From Lachnospiraceae bacterium (GTDB lineage Bacteria > Bacillota > Clostridia > Lachnospirales > Lachnospiraceae), in contig JAUNAJ010000002.1 of assembly GCA_030527645.1 (NCBI GenBank), forward strand, positions 21,145 through 85,144: DNA of 64,000 nt. The letters run 5' to 3'. The notes under the pieces were generated by a model. It was not told the DNA's origin. It was given only the letters and a program-made list of their open reading frames with translations, and searched no databases. The position numbers were made by a program, and so were the translations under genes. Shown piece by piece: positions 8,796 through 18,267 of this stretch; positions within the stretch are counted from its first letter, which is position 1; the number at the start of each line of letters is the position of its first letter.

Positions 8796-8906
8796 GACTT
8801 CCACCTCCACTGTTTATTTGCGTTAACTATGGTCTGTTTCTTTTCCCTCCGAGCTTCATCCTTACGGATCTTGAAGCTTCAGTCATGCCATTCCTGTTTT
8901 CGGGCA

Positions 8907-8960
8907 TAAAAAAAAGACCTACTTCCATGTCGCTTTACAACTATAGCATGGAGCAGGTCT
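8907..8960 (-). terminator. rho-independent terminator after the deacetylase-like gene
   Basis: AGACCTGCTCCATG...CATGGAAGTAGGTCT stem followed by TTTTTTTT on the minus strand. Confidence 0.7.
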
Positions 8961-9036
8961 TCTGTCAAGAAGCCAAATAAAGCTTCCTATATATATTTAA
9001 ATTTTCTGCGTTACTGTCCCGCGAGCAGTAACATTG

Positions 9037-10569
9037 CTACATCAGATCGTACAGTTCTGCATCGGTCGGACGCTGCTGGTCCCACACGGAAGCAGCATCG
9101 TAAAGATCACTGGTTTTATCATCACCTCCGAATACAGCCTGCCACAGACGGTATCCGTCGAGATTTCTTCTTCCCTGTCTCATGTAGGTATCACTGTACT
9201 CTACAAAATACTGAGAGGAGTCTACATTACAGTAAATGTTGAATCCCTGTCCCTTCAGATACTGGAATTTTTCCGTGCTTTCATATTCCTCTGTCCAGGT
9301 TGCCAGATCCTGCCCGTGAGCAAATATGATGATATCTGTATCACCGATCAGAGTCTCAACATAGTTCAGCCATTTTTCCGTATCTGTCTGCAGTCTTTCC
9401 ATATCGACATCACCGATATGGATATGTCCCCAGGTATGGCTGGCAAAGGTCCATCCATCTGCTTTGATCGCATCCGCAACAGCCTTTGCATTGGCACATT
9501 CCGTCTCCCAGTTATATTCCGGATGAATTGCCAGCCAGGCTTCCTGATCCGAAGTAAGATCTACACGGTCACGATAACAGTAGTCTGTTCTGTAGCCCAG
9601 GATTCCGTTATAGCCGGTCAGAGCAATGGTTCCTTTTGCTCCTTTATAGGAGAAATCCGGATGCTCCTCCAGAAAATCATCCAGCAGAGGAACGCAGTCA
9701 TAGGATCCGACCAGCGTATTGCCGTCTGCATCCACATATTCACAGGTCGGCGTTCCATCCTCTCCGACAATCATTCTTGTGGCACAGCCTCTTCCGTCAT
9801 AGCTGTGATAATAGCTCAGGTCATCCAGAGAAAGCACAAATGGTATCTTTCCCTCCGGAAGGTAGATTTCCTTCGGAGTCATATAGGTAACACCATCTTC
9901 ACCCACGGTTTCTTCCACCATGTCGTAAATGCTGATCAGTACATATCCTCTTTCATACATCTGATCCATGATCCTGTTAAACTCATCCACAGTGGTCATC
10001 CACTCACAGAAACCCTCCGTTCCGTTATTCCAGCCGGAATTGTCATCCGTCAAAGAGAATCCTCTGGAAGGATCTACCACCAGTGAGTGAAAAAATACAT
10101 GTGTAACGTTATATGGGGATGTAGCAACCAGTGAAGACATTGCTGTCTGGTACTCCGTGATCATATTAGAGGCTTCTGTATCATTCTCAAGATTGGATAC
10201 AGTGTTCAGAAGATCAATTGCTCCCTGATAATCATACTGCAGTGCTTTTGTCTGCGCCTCCGCAATGATTGCTTCCCGGCTGCCTGCCGCAGGGGTCGTT
10301 TCCTCTGCAGTATCGATCGGGATCCCCTCTGATTCCCCCGCTTCACCTGTTTCTGTACTCTCCACCTGAGAAACAGCAGATGCTGCCGTGTCAGCGGTAT
10401 CACTTCCGGAATTCTTTCTGAGTCTGGCGACCAGGATCAGCAATACAACCAGTACTGCCGCCAGTATCACCAGAATGGCAATACGGATCCGCATTACCCG
10501 TTTCTTTCTTTCTCTCTCCCTCGCCGCCTTTGCTCTGGCTCTGGCCCGGGCTCTTTCTCTTTCATCCAT
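9037..10569 (-). CDS. membrane-anchored polysaccharide deacetylase (NodB-homology) family protein
   Basis: 510 aa. Arg/Lys-rich N-terminus, one TM helix (IAILVILAAVLVVLLILV) and a Thr/Glu-rich linker. The extracellular domain has FHSL...D and ASHTWGHIHIG motifs reminiscent of NodB-type deacetylases. Confidence 0.6.
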   Translation of the reverse strand: MDERERARARARAKAARERERKKRVMRIRIAILVILAAVLVVLLILVARLRKNSGSDTADTAASAVSQVESTETGEAGESEGIPIDTAEETTPAAGSREAIIAEAQTKALQYDYQGAIDLLNTVSNLENDTEASNMITEYQTAMSSLVATSPYNVTHVFFHSLVVDPSRGFSLTDDNSGWNNGTEGFCEWMTTVDEFNRIMDQMYERGYVLISIYDMVEETVGEDGVTYMTPKEIYLPEGKIPFVLSLDDLSYYHSYDGRGCATRMIVGEDGTPTCEYVDADGNTLVGSYDCVPLLDDFLEEHPDFSYKGAKGTIALTGYNGILGYRTDYCYRDRVDLTSDQEAWLAIHPEYNWETECANAKAVADAIKADGWTFASHTWGHIHIGDVDMERLQTDTEKWLNYVETLIGDTDIIIFAHGQDLATWTEEYESTEKFQYLKGQGFNIYCNVDSSQYFVEYSDTYMRQGRRNLDGYRLWQAVFGGDDKTSDLYDAASVWDQQRPTDAELYDLM

Positions 10570-10740
10570 ACATATTCTCCATTCCTGTATTCATAGTTTC
10601 TGTTCTGCATACATGATTTCCTCATGTCAGCAATTCAGGACTCCTTGAAAGCCGATTCCTCTGTACTGCGATACTCACAATCCGGGACTTTCATAAAAAG
10701 TATACCCTGCAATGGGATAAAAAACAAGCGTGGAAGCGCG

Positions 10741-11535
10741 TTACCGTTCACGGGGTGAACTGCAGCCATTCCGCTGCGCATGGACTGTATACATCAGTAT
10801 CGCAGCAGCAATGGATGCATTCAGTGATTCTACCTGTCCCTCCATAGGGATCCGGATCAGATGATCTGCTCGGGCAGACAGCTGCTCTGTCAGACCGTTC
10901 CCCTCGTTTCCGACCAGAAAAGCACAGCCCTTGCGGTAATCCTCCTCCGAATAGGAATGCTGTCCCTTCAGATGAGCTGCATAGGTTTCGACCCCCTGCA
11001 GCTTCAGCCAGTCCAGTGCCTCGGATAAATTTTCTTCCACTACAAAGGGCATACGAAAGATTGAGCCCATGGTAGATCGTATGGTTTTCGGTGCAAACAG
11101 ATCCACCGTCTTTTTACTCAGTATCACCCCTGTTACACCTGCCCCTTCCGCTGTTCGAAGGATGGTTCCCGCATTACCGGGATCCTGCAGATCCTCCAGC
11201 ACCATCAGAAAAGGCGTTTTTCCGTTTCCGAGAAGGTCCTCTCTTCTGTAGGAAGGAATCTTAATGACAGTCAGGATTCCCTGCGGTGTTTTTGTATCAC
11301 ACATCTTTGCGAATACCTTATCATCCACAAGCTCTGCATCGATTCCCCTCAGCATTTCCCTGTGCTCCTTTGCAAAGGACTCAGTCACATACACAGAATC
11401 AACCCACTGCTTCGGCACTTCCCTGAACAGCTTCAGCCCCTCTGCCGTAAACAGCCCGCTCTCTCTTCTGGCTTTGCTTTTTGTATTCAGTTGGACCACC
11501 TGCTTCACCCGGGAATTTGACACACTGGTAATCAT
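10741..11535 (-). CDS. TrmH/SpoU-family RNA 2'-O-methyltransferase
   Basis: 264 aa. SpoU motifs LEDLQDPGNAGTILRTAEGAG, FLVGNEGNGL and IPMEGQVESLNASIAAAILMY. The start overlaps the dnaE stop by 4 nt. Confidence 0.85.
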   Translation of the reverse strand: MITSVSNSRVKQVVQLNTKSKARRESGLFTAEGLKLFREVPKQWVDSVYVTESFAKEHREMLRGIDAELVDDKVFAKMCDTKTPQGILTVIKIPSYRREDLLGNGKTPFLMVLEDLQDPGNAGTILRTAEGAGVTGVILSKKTVDLFAPKTIRSTMGSIFRMPFVVEENLSEALDWLKLQGVETYAAHLKGQHSYSEEDYRKGCAFLVGNEGNGLTEQLSARADHLIRIPMEGQVESLNASIAAAILMYTVHAQRNGCSSPRER

Positions 11536-14500
11536 ACTCCGCTGCTCCTTTTCATGCTCTTCTCAACCACTTTGACATTTTCTTTTCCGTAAACTTCGGA
11601 CAAAGCTTCTGTCAGACTCCGGTCTGCCGATACATTCCTGCTGGGAGGAAGCTTTTTCATCGCCTTCTCCTGACGAATGTACAGAACTACACTATCTTTT
11701 CCGTCCGATTCCTTCAGAAGATCGTACAGTCCTGCCACTTCCCTCTCATAGGCAGCCCTGTCCGGGAACTGGATCCAGAGTTCCTTCTGAATGTCATCAA
11801 AGGAAAAAACCTTTTCCATGATCAGCTTACTTGGACGTTCTTCCTCCACATTGACTCTGCCTTCAATAAAGACCTTCGCCTCCTCCCGGAGCTGGTCTGC
11901 ATATCGCTCATAATCTCTGGGAAATGCAATCACTTCCACGGTACCTACCAGATCCTCCACAGTCAGAAATGCCATGGTTTTGTTATTCTTTGTATATTTG
12001 ATGGTTTTCTCAGTGATCATGCCGCCGATTCTTACGCGGCTTCCATCCGTCACCTTCGGAAGCTGCGTTTCCTCGTCCGGCAGAAAGTCCGAGGTAACTG
12101 CCGATATATTCTTTCTCCATCGTTCCTCGTATTCCTCCAGCGGATGGCCGCTGATATAAATTCCCGTCACTTCCTTTTCGAAGCCCAGCAGTTCCTCCTT
12201 GGCATATTCTCCGCAGTCCGGCAGACGGATCTCGAAAGCCTCCCGGCTCTCCGGTGCCATCAGATCAAAGAGGCTCATCTGCCCTGTAAGAGAATTTTTC
12301 TTCTCCTGAGAAACCTGATCCATCACCTGGCCATAGGTCTGCATCAGCTGCTTTCTGGTGGCTCCCATACTGTCAAAGGCACCTGCCTTGATGAAGTTTT
12401 CCAGTGTACGCTTGTTCACTTCCCTGCCGCTGAGACGGCTGCAGAAATCGCGCAGATTTGCAAAGCTGCCTCCTGTACGTCTCTCTGCAGTAATGGCATC
12501 CATCACCGGTCGTCCAATGCCCTTGATCGCAGCCAGACCGTACCGGATACAGCCGTTTTCCACAGAGAAACTGCCCTCACTGCAGTTGATATCCGGAGAA
12601 AGGATCTGAATGCCCATTTTCCGGCAGTTCAATATATACTCCGCAACCTTGCCGGGATTATCCAGACAGGAGGTCATCAGCGCTGCCATGAATTCCACCG
12701 GATAATAGTATTTCAGCCAGGCTGTCTGATAGGATACAATGGCATAGGCTGCTGCATGGGACTTGTTGAAGGCATACTTGGCGAAATCCGTCATCTCATC
12801 GTAGATATGGTTGGCAGTCTCCTCTGAAATGCCGTTATTAACACAGCCGAGTACGCCCTCCTCCCTGTTTCCGTACACAAAATTCCGGCGTTCCGTTTCC
12901 ATAACAGAAGCTTTCTTCTTAGACATGGCACGGCGCAGCAGATCCGAACGTCCCAGCGTATAGCCTGCCAGATCACGGACGATCTGCATGACCTGCTCCT
13001 GATAGACAATACAGCCGTAGGTAGGCTCCAGTATCGGTTCCAGAGCCGGCGTCTCATAGGTGATATCCTCCGGGTGATTCTTTCCCCTGATATACTGAGG
13101 AATAAAGTCCATAGGACCGGGACGGTACAGGGAAATTCCTGCAATGATATCCTCCAGGCTCTGGGGCTTCAGCTCTTTCATAAAGCTCTTCATACCGGCG
13201 GACTCCAGCTGGAACACGCCCTCACAGTGACCGTCTCCGATCATCTTCAGCACCTGGGGATCATTAAAATCGATGGCCATCATATCCAGCTCTTTTCCGA
13301 TGCTTTTTGAAGCCATGCGGGCTGCATTCTGGATAACTGTCAGAGTTCGGAGCCCCAGAAAATCCATTTTCAAAAGCCCCAGCTCCTCCAGAGTAGTCAT
13401 CGTGAACTGGGTTGTGATCGTTCCGTCAGCCGCTCTGGACAGAGGCACATATTCATCCACCGATTTCTGGGAGATCACCACGCCGGCAGCATGCATGGAT
13501 GTATGCCGGGGGAGACCCTCCAGCCTTTTCGCCATGCCAATAAGCCTTGCTACCTCAGGATCCGTTTCCACCAGCTGACGCAGCTCCCGGTTCATGTTCA
13601 ACGCTTTTTCTATCGTGATATTCAGCTCATTTGGAATCATCTTTGCAATGGAATCCACCTGAGCATAGGGGAAATCCAGCACCCTGCCCACATCACGGAT
13701 CACTCCCTTTGCAGCCATGGTACCGAAGGTGACGATCTGCACCACCCGGTCCTTTCCGTACTTCCGCACTACATAATCGATGACCTCCTGCCTTCTCTCA
13801 AAGCAGAAATCCACGTCAATATCCGGCATGGAGACACGTTCCGGATTCAAAAAGCGCTCAAACAGAAGATTATAGCGCATGGGATCCAGCTGTGTGATTC
13901 CCAGAGTATAGGAAACCAGGCTTCCGGCAGCACTTCCCCTTCCCGGTCCCACCATGATGCCGCTTTCTCTGGCATAATGGATAAAATCCCAGACGATCAG
14001 GAAATAATCTACATAGCCCATGTTTTTAATGGTACTCAGTTCATAGTCCAGCCGTTCCTCCAGTTCAGGTGTAACCGGCTCGTACCGCTCCTGCAGGCCT
14101 TTTCTGCAGAGTTCATTCAGATAGGTCCAGGAATCATAGCCCTCCGGCACATCATATTTCGGCAGCTTGGTAACACCGAATTCAATTTCCACATGACAGC
14201 GGTCAGCAATTTTCTGGGTATTCTCCAATGCCTGCGGTGCATAGGGAAACAGAGCTGTCATCTCCTCGGCGGATTTTACATAATACTGCCCGCCCTCGTA
14301 ACGCATACGGTTTTCATCGCTGAGCTTTTTTCCTGTCTGGAGACACAGCAGAACATCATGCGGCTCCGCATCCTCAGCATAAGTATAATGAATGTCATTG
14401 GTGCAGACCAGTTCAATTCCTGTCTCCTGAGACATGCGGACCAGCTGTGGATTGATCATTCTCTGTTCCGGGATTCCGTGATCCTGCAGTTCCAGAAAGA

Positions 14501-15011
14501 AATTCCCCTTTCCGAATATTTCCTCCATCCGAAGGGCGGCCTGTTTCGCCTCCTCGTATCTCGTACGCACCAGATTTCTTGCCACTTCACCTGCCAGACA
14601 GGCAGACAGAGCAATGATTCCCTCATGGTACTTCTCCAGCACCTCAGCATCTACTCTTGGTTTGTAATAAAAGCCGTCCACGAAGCCCTTGGAGACAATC
14701 CTGGTAAGATTCGCATATCCCTGGTTATTCTCTGCAAGCAGCACCAGATGATAATACCGGTCCTCACCGCTGTTTGCTTCTCTGTCAAAGCGGGAACCGG
14801 GCGCAACATATACCTCGCAGCCAAGGATCGGATTGATATCTGCCGCCCGCGCTGCACGATAAAAGTCAATACAGCCGTACATCACACCGTGATCCGTAAT
14901 AGCAGCACTGTTCATTCCCAGTTCTTTTACTCTGGCAACATATTCCTTTATTTTATTGGAGCCATCCAGAAGACTGTACTCTGTATGAACATGAAGATGT
15001 GCAAAATTCAT
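11532..15011 (-). CDS. dnaE: DNA polymerase III subunit alpha (DnaE type)
   Basis: 1159 aa. PHP domain start FAHLHVHTEYSLLDG, polymerase core (PDIDVDF), OB-fold C-terminus. Confidence 0.95.
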   Translation of the reverse strand: MNFAHLHVHTEYSLLDGSNKIKEYVARVKELGMNSAAITDHGVMYGCIDFYRAARAADINPILGCEVYVAPGSRFDREANSGEDRYYHLVLLAENNQGYANLTRIVSKGFVDGFYYKPRVDAEVLEKYHEGIIALSACLAGEVARNLVRTRYEEAKQAALRMEEIFGKGNFFLELQDHGIPEQRMINPQLVRMSQETGIELVCTNDIHYTYAEDAEPHDVLLCLQTGKKLSDENRMRYEGGQYYVKSAEEMTALFPYAPQALENTQKIADRCHVEIEFGVTKLPKYDVPEGYDSWTYLNELCRKGLQERYEPVTPELEERLDYELSTIKNMGYVDYFLIVWDFIHYARESGIMVGPGRGSAAGSLVSYTLGITQLDPMRYNLLFERFLNPERVSMPDIDVDFCFERRQEVIDYVVRKYGKDRVVQIVTFGTMAAKGVIRDVGRVLDFPYAQVDSIAKMIPNELNITIEKALNMNRELRQLVETDPEVARLIGMAKRLEGLPRHTSMHAAGVVISQKSVDEYVPLSRAADGTITTQFTMTTLEELGLLKMDFLGLRTLTVIQNAARMASKSIGKELDMMAIDFNDPQVLKMIGDGHCEGVFQLESAGMKSFMKELKPQSLEDIIAGISLYRPGPMDFIPQYIRGKNHPEDITYETPALEPILEPTYGCIVYQEQVMQIVRDLAGYTLGRSDLLRRAMSKKKASVMETERRNFVYGNREEGVLGCVNNGISEETANHIYDEMTDFAKYAFNKSHAAAYAIVSYQTAWLKYYYPVEFMAALMTSCLDNPGKVAEYILNCRKMGIQILSPDINCSEGSFSVENGCIRYGLAAIKGIGRPVMDAITAERRTGGSFANLRDFCSRLSGREVNKRTLENFIKAGAFDSMGATRKQLMQTYGQVMDQVSQEKKNSLTGQMSLFDLMAPESREAFEIRLPDCGEYAKEELLGFEKEVTGIYISGHPLEEYEERWRKNISAVTSDFLPDEETQLPKVTDGSRVRIGGMITEKTIKYTKNNKTMAFLTVEDLVGTVEVIAFPRDYERYADQLREEAKVFIEGRVNVEEERPSKLIMEKVFSFDDIQKELWIQFPDRAAYEREVAGLYDLLKESDGKDSVVLYIRQEKAMKKLPPSRNVSADRSLTEALSEVYGKENVKVVEKSMKRSSGV

Positions 15012-15024
15012 TGCGGCTCCTTTC

Positions 15025-15870
15025 TTATCTGTCCTTCAGCTGAATGGTTCCGTCCTTCAGAACAATGGTCTTCTCCTTCAGGAGATGACCCACAGCACGT
15101 TTAAATGCCGCCTTAGACATTCCCATCTCCTCTTTGATTTTTTCCGGAGAAGCCTTGTCATCAAAGTTCAGTCGTCCCTTATTTTCCTTCAGTTTTTTCA
15201 GGAGAAGCTCGGCATCCTCATTGATCTGCAGATAGGCATTGCGGCGGGTGCTGACGGTCAGCTTGCCATCCTCTCTTTTTTCTGTCACATACAGGCGCAG
15301 CTTTTCACCTGCTCTGTAGGTTTTCTGTACATTCTGTTTTGGAATCAGTGCAGAAAAATGATCGTCCACAGCCACGAACACACCGAAATTCGGGCTGCTT
15401 TCATAGACTCTTCCCTCTACTTCATCACCCTTCTCATACTCGGAATCTGTATCCAGATACTGGTATACCTTCATTGTGGCACAGAGACGCTGGGTCTTGT
15501 CCAGATACAGAGCCACCAGCACCTCATCCCCGGGATTTACCTTTCCTGTCTGCTCACGGAACGGAAGAAGCAGATCCTTTTCCAGCCCCCAGTCCAGAAA
15601 GGCTCCGATCCTGCCGGTTTCCTTCACCTGCAGCACTGCAGTGCTTCCCAGAGAAATCAGAGGTTTTTTTGTTGTTGCGATTGGTCTGTCGCTGGAATCC
15701 TTATACAGGAATACACTGACAGTATCCCCCACCTCCGTACCGGCAGGCACCTGTTTCATCGGAAGCAGCACCTGCTCACTTTTTTCTGCGGTCTCCTGCT
15801 CAGCGAGATATACGCCGAAGTCCACCTTTTTAATCACTTTTAAAGACTGTTTCTTTCCTAATTCCAGCAT
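15025..15870 (-). CDS. S1-like RNA-binding protein, CvfB/YitL family
   Basis: 281 aa with repeated S1-like units (G..L.V.....G.FLD) and a C-terminal winged-helix-like tail (AFKRAVGHLLKEKTI). Confidence 0.7.
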   Translation of the reverse strand: MLELGKKQSLKVIKKVDFGVYLAEQETAEKSEQVLLPMKQVPAGTEVGDTVSVFLYKDSSDRPIATTKKPLISLGSTAVLQVKETGRIGAFLDWGLEKDLLLPFREQTGKVNPGDEVLVALYLDKTQRLCATMKVYQYLDTDSEYEKGDEVEGRVYESSPNFGVFVAVDDHFSALIPKQNVQKTYRAGEKLRLYVTEKREDGKLTVSTRRNAYLQINEDAELLLKKLKENKGRLNFDDKASPEKIKEEMGMSKAAFKRAVGHLLKEKTIVLKDGTIQLKDR

Positions 15871-15930
15871 GTCTGTCCGTCCTTTCGTATGATATCAATA
15901 TATTACGATTTTAATAAAAAGTGCAGTTTT

Positions 15931-16647
15931 CTATATTGCAAGAAACTCTGCTGTAAAATAAGAAATCCCCTCCGGATTTTCCAAAGAAATCTGATATCCG
16001 TTCTCGACCCGGCAGATTCTGGGAACTACTGCATCGCCGAGATAAGCCTGATTCTTATATTCCGCACGGAAGTGAACCGTCTGAAACCCCTGTTCCAGAT
16101 ATTGTTCCGCCATACGGATATACTGTCCGTTATTCACGTGATGATTGGTATCCAGATGATAGTCCCGGATATAGAATGTCTCCTGCTGCTCACCTTGTTG
16201 GGTAAGGATGATTTTTCGTTCTCCGAACTCCTCCGGCAGTTTCTCCTCATGTTCCGCCCCAAAAATTTCCAGCAGATTCTTTTCCGTCCGAACCGGCCGG
16301 TTATTCTTTAGATCCATAAAAATCCATTCCGAATTCGCACTGACCAGAAGTTCTCCTTCCTGCGTCTCCATCGTATAATTCCTGTACCCCATAAATCCGC
16401 GGAAATAATAGGGCCAGGTTTTAACAACCACACGATCCCCTACCGAAGGAAGCCTGCGGATATGGATCTGCCAGGCTGCAATCACCCAGGCTGCTCCGAT
16501 TTCCCTGCTCCAGCGTAGTCCCCGGTTTACGTCCTCTCCGTGAAAGGTACTGCAGTCCTGCAAATAATTGATCAGATGAAACAGCGTCAGCACTCCATTG
16601 CTGTCTGCCTCACTGAAGCGAATTCTCGCCGGCATCTCATACTTCAT
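15931..16647 (-). CDS. acyl-[acyl-carrier-protein] thioesterase
   Basis: 238 aa with two hot-dog halves. IRFSEADSNGVLTLFHLINYLQDCS and DYHLDTNHHVNNGQYI motifs are typical of the bacterial FatA/B-like family. Confidence 0.7.
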   Translation of the reverse strand: MKYEMPARIRFSEADSNGVLTLFHLINYLQDCSTFHGEDVNRGLRWSREIGAAWVIAAWQIHIRRLPSVGDRVVVKTWPYYFRGFMGYRNYTMETQEGELLVSANSEWIFMDLKNNRPVRTEKNLLEIFGAEHEEKLPEEFGERKIILTQQGEQQETFYIRDYHLDTNHHVNNGQYIRMAEQYLEQGFQTVHFRAEYKNQAYLGDAVVPRICRVENGYQISLENPEGISYFTAEFLAI

Positions 16648-16745
16648 GACTTTACCTCCTATCCTAAATTACTCTGATTGTAACAAAGAACAACCTGCAC
16701 AACAATCTGCGCTCAATTCAAACATACAGAATGGATCCGTATATA

Positions 16746-16778
16746 AGAAAAAGCGATTACAGAAATCTGTAATCGCTT
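16746..16778 (-). terminator. rho-independent terminator after tRNA-Gln
   Basis: AAGCGATTACAG / CTGTAATCGCTT stem followed by a T-run on the minus strand. Confidence 0.75.
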
Positions 16779-16786
16779 CACCCAAG

Positions 16787-16858
16787 CAGGGCTACAAGGA
16801 TTCGAACCTTGAAATGACGGAGTCAGAGTCCGTTGCCTTACCATTTGGCGATAGCCCT
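16787..16858 (-). tRNA. tRNA-Gln (anticodon CUG)
   Basis: Minus strand AGGGCTATCGCCAAATGGTAAGGCAACGGACTCTGACTCCGTCATTTCAAGGTTCGAATCCTTGTAGCCCTG. It has a 7-bp acceptor stem, GGTTCGAATCC T-arm and anticodon loop CUCUGAC. It closely resembles known tRNA-Gln. CCA is not encoded. Confidence 0.9.
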
Positions 16859-16878
16859 ATGTCGTTTCAACAAGGTGT

Positions 16879-16907
16879 ATTATATATGAGCCTTTCGCAA
16901 AATGCAA
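16879..16907 (-). promoter_or_regulatory. promoter for tRNA-Gln
   Basis: Minus strand reads TTGCAT (16907-16902), a 17-nt spacer, then consensus TATAAT (16884-16879), about 20 nt upstream of the tRNA 5' end. Confidence 0.6.
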
Positions 16908-16910
16908 GCA

Positions 16911-18104
16911 TTATTTTAAATTTTTTTCATCTTCTTCACAGAAGCTTCGATCAAGCTCTATAAAGCAGACATAGCCCTCCCCGACTTCACGCATCAGGCC
17001 GGCTACCTGATCTCTGAGACGGAGCTGCTCCGCATCACTATAGGAATAGGGAACCACAAGGTCAAAGTAGATATTTACCTGCTCATCGGAAAACATTGCC
17101 CTGAAATCGTGAAAGCTCAGCCGCTCGTCCAGAACAGTCAGAATCCTGCCCAGCTTATCGCGAATCGCAAGAACCCTCTCATCGTGGATCTCCACCGGAT
17201 CCATATGGATCACAAGATTTACATCCAGATCGCTTTTTGCCTGTCGCTCAATATGGTCGATCACCGCATGAGATTCCTCTATATCCACCTCTCTGGGCAC
17301 CTCCGCATGAATGGATGCCATACTTCTTCCCGGTCCGTAGTTGTGAACGATCAGATCATGGCTTCCTACAATTCCATCATGCTGCTCCACCAGCTCTTTG
17401 ATACTTCTTTCCAGCTCAGGATCATTCCCCTCTCCGATCAGCGGTGCAGCCGTCTCTCGGATAATGCCGATTCCGCTCCACATAACCAGTAGTGAAACCA
17501 GCAGACCTGCAATGCCATCGATATTTATTCCGGAGAATGCCGATATCAGAATAGCAGCGATGGTGGCAGAGGTTGCAGCCACATCACCAAACGAATCGGC
17601 AGACACTGCAAGCATTACCTTAGAATCAATCCGCTTTCCCAGTCTCCTGTTATAGAATCCCATCCATAGCTTAATAAATACAGATACTACCAGAAAAACA
17701 AATGGAATCCAGGAAAATTTCAGTTCCTCCGGATTGCGTATCTTCCCTACTGACGAACGGAACAGGGTCAGTCCCACTTCTACAACAATAAAGGCTACGA
17801 TCATAGCGGCAATATATTCCAGCCTGCCGTGACCAAAGGGATGCTCCTTATCCGCAGGCTTCTGCGCCATTTTTACTCCGATCAGAGAAATGATCGACGA
17901 AGCAGCATCCGACAGATTGTTAAATCCGTCTGCAATCACAGCCAGGGATCCCATCACCAGACCTGCAGATAGCTTCAGCAGAAACAGAAAAAGATTGCAG
18001 AGAATTCCCACCGTACTGGTCAGTACACCATAGGCAGTTCTTACCGTCTGATCTCCTGTATTCTGATAATCCCTTACAAATTTATGTACGAGCAGTTCCA
18101 TCAT
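16911..18104 (-). CDS. cation diffusion facilitator (CDF) family metal efflux transporter
   Basis: 397 aa. Six TM helices with ADGFNNLSDA and HPFGHGRLEY motifs, plus a C-terminal cytoplasmic domain. Confidence 0.85.
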   Translation of the reverse strand: MMELLVHKFVRDYQNTGDQTVRTAYGVLTSTVGILCNLFLFLLKLSAGLVMGSLAVIADGFNNLSDAASSIISLIGVKMAQKPADKEHPFGHGRLEYIAAMIVAFIVVEVGLTLFRSSVGKIRNPEELKFSWIPFVFLVVSVFIKLWMGFYNRRLGKRIDSKVMLAVSADSFGDVAATSATIAAILISAFSGINIDGIAGLLVSLLVMWSGIGIIRETAAPLIGEGNDPELERSIKELVEQHDGIVGSHDLIVHNYGPGRSMASIHAEVPREVDIEESHAVIDHIERQAKSDLDVNLVIHMDPVEIHDERVLAIRDKLGRILTVLDERLSFHDFRAMFSDEQVNIYFDLVVPYSYSDAEQLRLRDQVAGLMREVGEGYVCFIELDRSFCEEDEKNLK

Positions 18105-18267
18105 ATGCCTTACCTCTATCTATATTCAGAACAGGACAATACCTGTCTGATTCTGTAATGTCACTGCTATTTTAGTCAACAGATCACTTCTTAGTCAATG
18201 CTAATTATAAGTACTCTGCCAATATGAAAAGCGGCAGAATCACCGCGTGTTTCTGCCGCTTTCCCTA

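Noticed and set aside
13491-15104. Long antisense ORFs opposite well-supported genes. Examples: 537 aa opposite dnaE here, 24205-25566 opposite mfd, 36385-37722 opposite the PucR gene, 9034-10086 opposite the deacetylase gene, 4458-5378 opposite aroE, 48313-49134 opposite the AraC gene, and 60862-61731 opposite ahcY.
   Set aside because: The opposite-strand proteins have unmistakable family motifs. The antisense translations are Cys/His/Leu/Ile/Gln/Arg-rich, have no recognisable motifs and lack RBSs. They are typical shadow ORFs.
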